From Oikopleura dioica (Eukaryota > Animalia > Chordata), in NCBI GenBank assembly GCA_907165135.1, contig OU015568.1:14012001-14076000 (forward strand): a stretch of DNA of 64,000 nt, in the 5' to 3' direction. Under the pieces are notes generated by a model. The model saw only the letters and a list, made by a program, of their open reading frames with translations, had not been told where the DNA came from and searched no databases. Below, in pieces: positions 54,078 through 64,000 of this stretch. Each line of letters begins with the position of its first letter. The stretch's first letter is position 1. The position numbers and the translations under genes are program-made.

Positions 54078-56121
54078 ATATTAATTGTTCACTCCTGTCA
54101 AAATAAAAAAAAAACGCATGATGATTGCTTCTTAAAAATTATTTTCTTAAACTTAAGACACGTTCCATAATTGGCTATTGAGCTATTTTGATGCGATAAA
54201 GTTCGAAAGAGTTTGGCTTCAAGTGTCAAAAAATAAGCAACATATGATAATCCCTTTTCCGGCGAATGGGGCTTGCCTAAGACGACGTTGTTATGACCAT
54301 TTCCGAATAATCAAGTTTGAAATTCTTAATTTGAATATTTTTAAAAGGCGCTGTTTAGAAATGACTCGACAGCAATGAGGGACTGTTTGAGCTGATCTCG
54401 GCTGGAGAGAGATAAAGGGGACAAGAGCCAATTTGCTGACTAGAACTTGAGCGCATTCGGGAAAAAACTAATTGACCTTAGCAAATATCGTAAATCTTTC
54501 CGAGGGTGCTTGATGGTCTGATTTGATAGTTTGAGAATGGGGTCGTGTTCTAAGATTGTGGGAAGAAATCTGGGTAAGATCTCCTGCTGAAAACAGCGAC
54601 AAGTATTTAAAGCCAGCGCTTCCTTCAATTTAGAAATAAAAGAGAATACTTTGAAATGAAGCTTTTGTGTGTTCTACAGTCGTACTTGTAATTGCGAACA
54701 CAAAACTAACTGAAACCTTACTGTTATTAGATTACAGTGTTATCTTATTTAACAATCGACCAGTTTTTCCGGTTCTATTTTAAATAGACAATTCGCTTTG
54801 CTGTTATAAAAATTTAAAATGAATCATCTTTTTTAACGAGTTTTAAGGTTTATTCTGTGAACTGTAGTCTTCATATCTTGAGTCCTAACCATCTGCAAAC
54901 ATTAAAAAATGAAATAAATTACTTCCAAAAACATAGTTTCCAGTCCATATTTTCAATTTTTCGCCCGAAAAGCCTGATACAAAATATCAATAATATAAAA
55001 TCTGAAATAATTCTTTCCCCAAGTCTGACTCAACTGGTCTATTTAATAGTTTCTCCTTACGCCATCTCCTTTAGACAGAAGCATAAGCGCTAAAATATTT
55101 TCCAAATTATTTGAAAATCTGACAGCGCCGTTTGTTCCGGCTCCGATTGTTATAAAGCTTGTCACGTGAAATGAGAGCTAAGAATACAAACTTACCTAAT
55201 TCGATCACCCCGGCAGCGTGAATAATCCAAAACTGCTTGTTTTCACGGCACGTATTTCGCAAATTTTTTGCTCCACAAAAATTTAAAAATCCACTTTCAG
55301 AAAGAAATCCGCTTTGCCCTAATTTCATTATCTAATGAAAGTTTTATCTGTTTTTTCATTAAACAATTAGGGTATTTTTAATCTTTTTATTAAAAAGAAT
55401 TCATCAAGATCAGAACGTGATTTACGCAATTTAGCGAATTAATAACTTCCAAGTCCGTTTTCAATAATTTAAACAGAGACAAAGAGGCTTTCTGCGGTTA
55501 GATATTGACTGATTTATCAACAATGAGTTACCGTGAAGGTTGCATTTAGAAGTGTTTGGCTATTTTATACAAAGGGACTTAATTTTGTCTAAATAATTGG
55601 AATCTCGTCAAGAATTATTTTTAGTTTGGTGAACTCGTATAACGTCAGCTTTTAAATTGCTTGTTGAAAGGATTCAACAAAGGTTTTAATTATTTTTAAA
55701 AATAATTCTTTGAGAAAATGAACAGAATATTCTTAGTTCGATGATATTCTTTGATGACTAATATCAAGAATATAACTAATTTTGCCGAAATTCTTAATGA
55801 AAAATAAGATTTTACCGAGTTTTTTGGGCGATAAGTTTTTCAATTTTAAACTGAAAAATTACAATTTATTAAATAATTCATGTAATAACTAAATAACAAT
55901 ATTGTTTATGATTGCGTACTCTTCAACTAAATTCTAATGATAATCTCAACTTTCACGAAAATTTCGCGTCGAGCGTAAACTTTGAATGGCGCCCCAAAAC
56001 GCTGATAACAGCGGTGTTAATCGGAAATCTGGAGCCACCACGCGGCGCGGCGCTCCGTTAAAAGCACCACCATCCGGCGCTTGGAATCATCAAACATTCT
56101 CAGAGATAGTAAAAGAGGAAA

Positions 56122-57102
56122 ATGAAGCTTTTCAGTCTTTTCTCGAGCGTTGCTTTTGCACAAACGGTTGAAGTTGATAACGATGTTTGGGACATTTCCA
56201 TTGATCAGCCGATTGAGTTTAATGTCGAAGATCCAATTTACAAAGGTAAAAAAAAAACTCGATTTACGATTGATTATTTTTTAGAGTTCAAAGCGATGCA
56301 AGCAACAGAAACGATCATGGCCCGGGCAATGGTCGGCACAGATGACGATGCCGTCCGAAAGATGAAAATGCGCAAGTTTGATACGCTGAAGAAAATGATC
56401 GCCTATTTGGACAACGCTGCTCGACCCGACTTTGGAAAATCTTGCCACTATGGCTGTCACTGCCTTGTTGACGGTAAAAGTGGTATTGAAATTTTCAACT
56501 ATTGATCTTCCAGGAATGGATGACATCCTTGCTGGCTATGGCCAACCAGTCGATGAAATTGACTCTGCTTGCAAACGATACAAGCAGTGTGTCAAGTGCG
56601 CGCTCCAGGACTTTGGAACTGATGTCTGTCCGTGGTACAAGCCGTATAAAATGACAGCCATGGTCGACACCGAAACAGGCGAAAAACACCTTGTTTGCAA
56701 GGACAAAGCCAGCGTTAGAAAATGATAAAAAATAGAATTTTGATTCAAGAGCATTATTTTTTAACTCGATGAAAGCTGGATACTGTAAAAATGCGCTTTG
56801 CGAATGCGACGCTCAGTTGGCTCGAGATATGGCGGAACACAAAGAATCCTACAACAAAGACTTTCATTCCAGGTATGGCGGATTTAATAGGGAAGACGAG
56901 TGCAGAAGCAACAATCACGGCGGTAATGGCGGATCGAGCGGATACAAGCAAGAACGAGAAGAGCAGATTTGTTGTGGAGAATTCCCGCAGAGATTTCCAT
57001 ACTCACGTAAATATCTCCTCTTTTTATCCATAAAAAACGTTTGTTTTAGCTTCAAAATACCAGTGCTGTGATTCGAAGATTTCTTCCCTCGGATCCTGCT
57101 AG
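56122..57102 (+). CDS. Secreted phospholipase A2-like protein lacking the catalytic His-Asp (5 exons)
   Basis: Signal peptide MKLFSLFSSVAFA. sPLA2 scaffold CHYGCHC...GYGQPVDEIDSACKRYKQCVKC...CKNALCECDAQLA, plus a Cys-rich tail CCGEFPQRFPYS...CCDSKISSLGSC*. Confidence 0.85.
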
Positions 57103-57318
57103 AATCATTCACATCATCAACCACAACTGTAGATACATGTATAGAATTACGAACTTTTCAATAAACTTATTGTTTGATAAAAAAATCTTTGTTTTTGTGA
57201 TTCAAATCTTATTTTGGTGCGATTTCGACGATTCAAAAGGAAAGATTGCCATCAAAAATTTAATATTCCTGACCTTTTCGACTTTTAAACGCAATTATCT
57301 TGCAAAAAATCGTCAGAT

Positions 57319-58522
57319 ATGGATGCAACAGACGAGGAAAAAGACCTTCAGAGACAGATGATTATTGAAAGAGAAAGATTGAGGAACATTAGCGGAACAG
57401 TAAGCCAGTTCGAGCAGATACGCCGCGATGCTCTCCTTGAAATCGAGAAGCAGAAAGAGGAGAAACTACATTCTCAGAAAAAACTTGAAGACTATGAAAA
57501 GCAGCTGCGAAATTTGATCAGGAAGAAGGATCAAGAAGAATTGAAAAAGCTCGAGGATTTATTGGAGACTTCGCTTTTTGATGAAAAAATGATGTTGAAG
57601 AAGTGAAGGCGTTATTCAAAAGGATTTCAAAAAGAAAAAGCACGATCAAGCAACTCAAAAATGATATTCTCAAGAAAAAAAGTCAAATCGATCTTACTTC
57701 TACACATGAAATTGTCAAAAATATTTCAATCGCATCGCATCCACATTACACGTCTAAAACGCGGTGCAAACGCAAGGCAGAGTCCATATCACCGAAAAGA
57801 GAAATTGAATATGGATACTTGACCTCGCCTTCCACGATTCCTGCCGAGGATAACAATGAGCAAAAAGATTTTTCGATTCCCAAGGCGAAAATTCTAAAGC
57901 TCGAGAAAGAGGATGAGACCTTTTCAATGCCGACGAAGCATTCTCCTACAGTTACTTCGAAAGTTTCAACACTTCATATGTCTGGCAAACAGCCATGGCC
58001 CATGGATGGATGAAGTCTGGGAATGGTACTCGAGGGAAACGAGAAAGAGGGTTCTTCTCCGCTCTGATGTTCACAATAAAGGTGTCAGTCTCAACATTGG
58101 TATGGAAATGTCCAAGTCTTGGGTCAAAGTAAGCTGTCAAGTTGTTTTTTTTTCTTATCTATTCTTTAAAGAATTGGTGCAGGAAGTACAAGGTTAATTT
58201 CATGGACCAGAAAGTCTTCCAGGACATTGCAATTATCGAACAGAGAGCGATCGACTGGCTTCTTGAGACAGAAAGGCCAACTATTGGGCGCGACGATCGT
58301 ATAAGAGTTGAAAGTATCTTGCGAAAGGGTGAGTTTTTTACACACTACTTCATGATGTCGGAATTTTAAGGTGCAGCAGAGCTCGGAATCTCAGACGATT
58401 TTATTACGAAAAAATATTTGGAACGGCTTATCAAACGAAAGAGGGTTACCAGACCTAAAACCTTCCTGCAGAAAAAGTTCGGCACGATGACCCTCGAGGA
58501 TGAAGACGAGTTGTCGTTCTAA
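57319..58522 (+). CDS. Tandem paralogue A: coiled-coil protein with a downstream CENP-B/Tc5-type HTH-like segment; apparent frameshift at 57584-57589
   Basis: MDATDEEKDLQRQMIIERERLRNISGTVSQFEQIRRD... is homologous to copy B. Spliced 3' exons read MDEVWEWYSRETRKRVLLRSDVHNKGVSLNIGMEMSKSWVK|NWCRKYKV...DEDELSF*. The junction between the two halves is uncertain. Confidence 0.6.
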
Positions 58523-58720
58523 CAGTTGACATGTATAGAATTAAAAACTTTCCAATAAGCTTCTTCTAAAAACTTGTGCTTTTTTTCGTGATTGATATCT
58601 AATTTTTACCGTGGCGCAATTTCAAATTCGGTTTCGAAGAAAAGATAGCAATCGAAATCGTCAAAAAAAGTGGCGAAGTCTATTTTGAAAAAACAGTTAG
58701 CTCGCAAAAAACCGAGAATT

Positions 58721-59467
58721 ATGACTGTAACTGACGAGGAGAAAGATCTTGAGAGACAAATGAAGATAGAAAGAGAGCGATTGAGGAACATTAGCGGAAC
58801 AGTGAGCCAGTTCGAGCAGATACGCCGCGATGCAGTCCTTGAAATCGAGAAGCAGCAAGAAGAGCAACTCCATTCGCAGAAAAAACTTGAAGATTATGAA
58901 AAGCAGTTGCGAGATTTGACGACGAAGAGGCAGCAAGAAGAATTGAAAAAGCTCAAGGAAGAGTTGGAAACTTTGCTTGTCGAAGAAAAGAATGATGTTG
59001 AAGAAGCCAAGACATTATTTACGAAACTATCGAAAAGAAATGAAATGATCGAGCGAGTCAAGAATAATATTCTCAAGAAGAAACAACAGCTCAAGGACAA
59101 CAACATCGATGATACGTCCACTGATGAGATTATTAAAAATATCGAGACGACACGAGCAAGAAAATTTTCATTTCTAGTGAGGGTTCGAAACATACACAAA
59201 TTAATCATCATGTTATAATTTCTAGCGGATTTAAAATTCAAGCTTAGAACCTCAAAGAAAGTGACAAATGCAAAGCTTCTCGAGACATCAAAGAAGCGGG
59301 GTGAAAAATTCGTCAGCGACTTTCTGACCAAGTACCAGATCAAGTACGGAAATAAAAACCGAGAGAAGATGGAAGATGGCTTTGATAACCGGCGAAGATC
59401 TCTTTCAAATGTTGACTCTGTATTCATCAAACAAGAAATCCGTTTCAGTCCTATGAAACGAGAATAG
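58721..59467 (+). CDS. Tandem paralogue B: coiled-coil protein, 2 exons
   Basis: MTVTDEEKDLERQMKIERERLRNISGTVSQFEQIRRDAVLEIEKQQEEQLHSQKKLEDYEKQLRDL..., then a last exon from about 59228 ending ...FSPMKRE*. Confidence 0.7.
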
Positions 59468-59793
59468 TTTTTGAAGCCTTTTGAGACCCTGAAAATACAC
59501 GCAATTAGATTTCTTATAATAATGTCGATTCTTTGCAGGAAGTGGTTTAGCGAGTAAAAAATCTTACTACTTACCGTCATTTTCGGTAGCTGCATACTTT
59601 GTTGACGCGGTGTGCCCGTTGGCGTTTGGCGGTGGTGTTGAGTTGCCATTGGCACCAATCTAACTCGGCATTTTCATATTTAGCCCGTATAACTTCATTT
59701 TATGAAGTTGTGCTAACAAATTTCGGACAAGAGAGAATGCATCATTAGGAAAATTGTAGGAAATCGACTCTGCCAAAAAATCAACCTTAGAGA

Positions 59794-62700
59794 ATGGATA
59801 GGGGCGATAATGCTAGCCAGATGAATGGCGATACGGCTTCAATGGTAATTAGCTACTTAGAAATTAATAAGAAAAATTTATTCTTGAGCAAAATTATTTT
59901 TATTATTTATGAAGTGAGAATTTACAGACCTAAGTCGACGATTTTGCACCAGAAAAATCTCAGTGAAGGGATTTTCTTTGATAGAAGTAAGATTTTCGCT
60001 CAAGAATAAAGAAAGCAATTAGGTTATTGACAAGTTATTTAATCGGGGAATTTAGTGGTCCCGTGGTGGTAGATCTTCGTCCCAATTCGCCCGGGCACCT
60101 CCAGGCGTGGAGGAAAGAGCAAGTTTCTCTCCTCCGCCAGGACTCGTAGGTGGAGCTAGAGACACTTTCAGTCCGCCCGGGGCAAACTCACGTATGTTAG
60201 GCACGATGGTGCAAAATCAGCCCCCAGTTTCTTGGCCAGGATCGCAGCTTATCTGCTCCACCAAGCTGGGAAAGATCTCGCATGTCGAGAAATCCGGCTG
60301 TTTTTCACCTTCCACGAGGTCAAGGCTCATTTCGAGAAAGCAAGCGATCACAGCGAAATGGTCAGCCTCCTGGCACGTGATCGAAATTATAAAAAAAAAA
60401 TTTCTTATCAAAATAGTTTTTACAGTAGTAAAGATCATTGATAAAGTTTTCACTCGCATGGATCCAGATGCAGATTCCCGTTCGATGTGGTCATTTTATT
60501 CTGGCCCAGAAGATCATCTGCCACGGGGCGGCCAGGTACGAGTTTCATATTTTCTTTCCTAACCCGTACCTGGAGGTGTTAGCTCCTCTTATTTTTCTTA
60601 TATGATTTTTTATTCAAGACACCGTCTGAACACCTCGCAATGCTGAACCAACAAGTATCTCAAAAAGAAGGCAAATATCCAAAACGCGCTCCATCAGTAT
60701 CCGGCAACCAGAAAAATGGCGGTGACTACCAACTATCCGGCGTCACTTCCAAACAGCTCAGCTTGGAACGCCAAGTTGTCGAGCTCAACTCACTGAATCA
60801 AGAGCTCGAGCGTCGACTTCAAGGCGTTACTGAAAATTTCCGCCAAGCGAGATCTCACCACGAGCAAGAACTCGCTCAGCAACGAGCCTCAAGCCAGGCT
60901 ATTGAGCTTCAAGCAAGCGAGCACACTGCTCTTGCTCAACAATATCATGCTCAACTGACGGAAATGAGGGGATCGATGGAGCAACTTAGTAAGAATTCAA
61001 CCACGCTTCAGCAGAATGTGATCGAGATGCAGACTCACCTCCAGGCCAAAGACAAACAATTACAGCAATACCTTCAAGAAGCCCAGCGAGCGGCGCAGGG
61101 CAATCCAGTGCTCAACGAAGCCCACATGGGACGAATGCTACGCATGAAAGTCGTTGAGCTCGAGGAGACTGTTTCCGGCCGCGCTAGAATAATCGAAATG
61201 CTTCAGCAGGAGCTTTCGTCCAAAGAATCCACCTCGACTAAAATGACGGAAGCAGCGCAGCAGATTCAGGCTCAATTTGCTATGCTCCAAGCTGGAAAAA
61301 GCAGTTTGGAACAAAAAATAACGGCTGAAGAGCAGCGCCATCTCCAAGAAAAAGACCAACTCGTTAAAGCTTTGGAAAACTATTCGAAAGAAGCTCAGGA
61401 TGCGCAGACAAATGCTCAAACAGCATTTGGTGAGAAACAGCGGGAATATGAAATGAAAATTTCTGAAACGATGAAACAACTTGACGTCGTTCAAAATCAA
61501 AATGAACAGTTGGAAACATCCAAAGCGGAAGTAGAAAAGCTCTTGGCAGAAAACCAGGAAGAACTTGAAAAAACTCGAGTTCAAGCAAAGAAATTACAGT
61601 CCGATTTAGTCGAAACGACTGAAATTCTCCAGCAACAACTAAATCAGGCGACCCGTGAGTTGACTAAAGAATTCAAGGACAAGCAAAATTCTTGGGCTGA
61701 GGAACGCAAACGACTCGACAATGCTGTTCAAGAAATGACCGAGAAATCCGCAGATCTTGAAAATCAATTAGGAAAGCAAAACAATGAATACAATCAACAA
61801 ATCCAAATGTACCAAGATCGAGAAGCTGAGCTGACAAATGCGCTTGCTCAGCATCAAGCTGAACTAGAAAAATCCCAAAAGCAGACGATAGATCTTGCCG
61901 AGAGTCTTCGCTTGCTTCAGGTCGATATCAACACCAAAGCGGCTGATTGGGGAGAAGAAAAGCGACAAGTTGAGCTTTTCATTCAAAACGCGAACAAGGA
62001 TTTTGACGAGCGTGCAAACGAAGCTAGAAGACAACAAGAAGGATGGGAAAGTGCGAAACTAAACTATGAGAATCAGATCGGTCAGCTCACAGCTCAAGTC
62101 GAGGAGCTAACGAAATCAATCACTGAGCTCGATGAAATGACAGCAGACGAGCGTGAGCAACTCCAAAGCACTCTTTTGAACAACACCAAGGTCGCTGAGG
62201 AGAATATTGGAAAATTGCAACGAGAAAACGAGGATTTTCGAAAAGCGGTGGCGACACTTCAGCAAGAAAATGAAACGATCGAGCGTGGCTGGTCGGATAG
62301 ATTTGTTCAGATGGAGCAAGACTGGAACGATAGACTCCAACGAGCAGTTCGAGAAAGTGAACGAAGCCGAGGAGAATACGATCAACTCGGCAAGGACAAC
62401 GCCAAGCGAATGGAAGTCATCGAGAAGACCTTTGCCGAGGAGCGCTCAAGCATGGAAGCTCGAATCAAGCAACTTCAGGCGGAGATTGAACGCGAGCGAG
62501 AGACTCAAGACAAAATCCGTGAGGAAAATCGAACGCTAAGAATCGACCTGGAGCAGAGTAACAGTAAAGGAGAAAGTGCGAATCGATCTTTCCAGCGACA
62601 GAAAGAAGCTCTTGAAAAGGAGAAAGAAGATGCAAACAAGCTTCGAGAGAAAGAAAAGGAGCAATTTGTTGCAGAGCGTGCTCAATTAGAAAACTACCTT

Positions 62701-64000
62701 CGTTCAGTCTCTGAACATGTCAAAGCTCTACAAGACTCATCGACAGCTGCGGCAGAACGATTCAGCGCGGAGAGAACAAAGCTCGAAGAAGAAATAAACT
62801 CTACGCAGGAAGAATCGAAGGAAAAGCAAAATGAGTTGAGAAAAGAACGGGATGAGCTTCAGATCGAAATTGCTCGATTCAAGTCGCACTCTAAACAAGA
62901 ACTCGAGCAAAAACTCGAAGAGATCAGTATCGCTCAGTCGAAAATAGCTCGCCTCGAGAAGAACAGAGATGAGCTTGAAAACCAGCTAGAACAACTCGCA
63001 AAGACTCATAATCTTTCTGAGCAGCAGCTCGCCGAAGCAACAGAAAATTCAATGAGCATTGAATCAAGATCGAAGCAAGAGCGCGAAGAATTCGAAAAAA
63101 TGCAATCATCACTCGAAGAAACCATCAAGGGAAAAAACCGACAAGTCGAGGAACTTACAGCTCAACTTCTTCAAAGCCAGCTTCAAACGGAAAACATCAA
63201 GAAAGACTCGTCTGATTTGGTTGCGCAAAAGGATGCAAGCTTTGCAAAGCTGAAAAAGGAGCTCGAAGAAGCTCAGATTGCCTTCGAGAATTTCAAGAAA
63301 GAATCCCAACTGAAGGAAGAATCAATGATTGAAGAACAGCGTGATGAACTTCAGAAAGTTCAGCGAGAAAATGCAAGAAAACTCAACGAGATCACTTCGA
63401 TGATGCAACTATCAACAGCAGAAAAGGAAAAGATCGAGGCGGAAATGAGCGAAAAATTGGCAAAAACTGAGGCAGAAATGGCTGAAAAGCTTCAAAAGAC
63501 TTCCCAGGAGTCGGAAATTGCGGAACAAAAAGCTAAGCAAGAATTGCTAACTGAAAAGGTACCTCATTTTTTAAGAGATAAAGGATTAACTTATATTCAG
63601 AATCAATTCGATGTTCAAATGTCGTCTCTCTCGCAGCACATCCAAGCTCTTACCCTTGACGGAACCCAAAAAGCCGAAGCAATCCAGTCTCTCCAAGCAG
63701 CAAAGGCCGAAGTTGAGCTCCACCTCGCACAGGCCATTCAAAATCAAGAACAGCTCACGAGCCAGCTCAAGAATCACCATGAACAGGCTGAGCTTGCTCT
63801 AAAGCAGTACAAGACGGAGCTTGCTAATAAAGAAAATGAAATTTCTCAAAAGATGAGTTTGATTGATGCGAAACAAAAAGAAATAATCGGCCTTGAGCAA
63901 CAGAATATTACTCAAGAAGGACAGATTAACAAGTTGAAAAATGAAGTTCAGAAAATGCATGATGATTGGAAAATGCACGAGCAAATGCTTGCGGCTTCCG
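59794..64000 (+). CDS. Very long coiled-coil protein (golgin/centrosomal-type), 3' end beyond the window
   Basis: The frame is open from 60619 to 64000 (spot-checked along its length), is E/Q/K/L-rich and has heptad character. A 42-nt stop-free intron lies at 63559-63600. Small upstream exons occur at about 59794-59846, 59929-59985, 60050-60360 and 60426-60534, with uncertain 5' structure. The ORF track missed it because there is no stop inside the window. Confidence 0.9.

Noticed and set aside
54200-55330. Possible minus-strand gene upstream of the PLA2-like gene
   Set aside because: Several frames are equally open, and there is no supportable model.
58894-59658. 254-aa minus-strand ORF
   Set aside because: Antisense to paralogue B, whose plus-strand frame is supported by homology to copy A.

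Overview
Eukaryotic animal DNA from a very compact, AT-rich genome with mostly 35-100 nt introns, including GA-AG and GC-AG ones. This fits a larvacean tunicate such as Oikopleura (inference from gene style; no search was run). Genes I could read: a secreted coiled-coil + fibrinogen-C (angiopoietin-like) protein (truncated, minus strand), an Iroquois homeobox gene, a sarcomeric myosin II heavy chain, tektin-3, a catalytically dead phospholipase-A2-like protein, a divergent tandem gene pair, a >1,100-codon coiled-coil ORF running off the window end (absent from the ORF track) and several orphan genes. The standout is a ~10 kb gene (39.7-49.6 kb). It joins six TSP1 repeats, three pentraxin/LamG-like domains, an intact trypsin-like protease, CUB domains, a furin-type site and a second, catalytically dead protease domain in one chain. 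Two non-autonomous inverted-repeat elements are present, one with 104-bp TIRs and an exact 8-bp target-site duplication. Four apparent single-base deletions in otherwise intact genes probably reflect assembly error. Exon boundaries were read by eye and may be off by a few bases.
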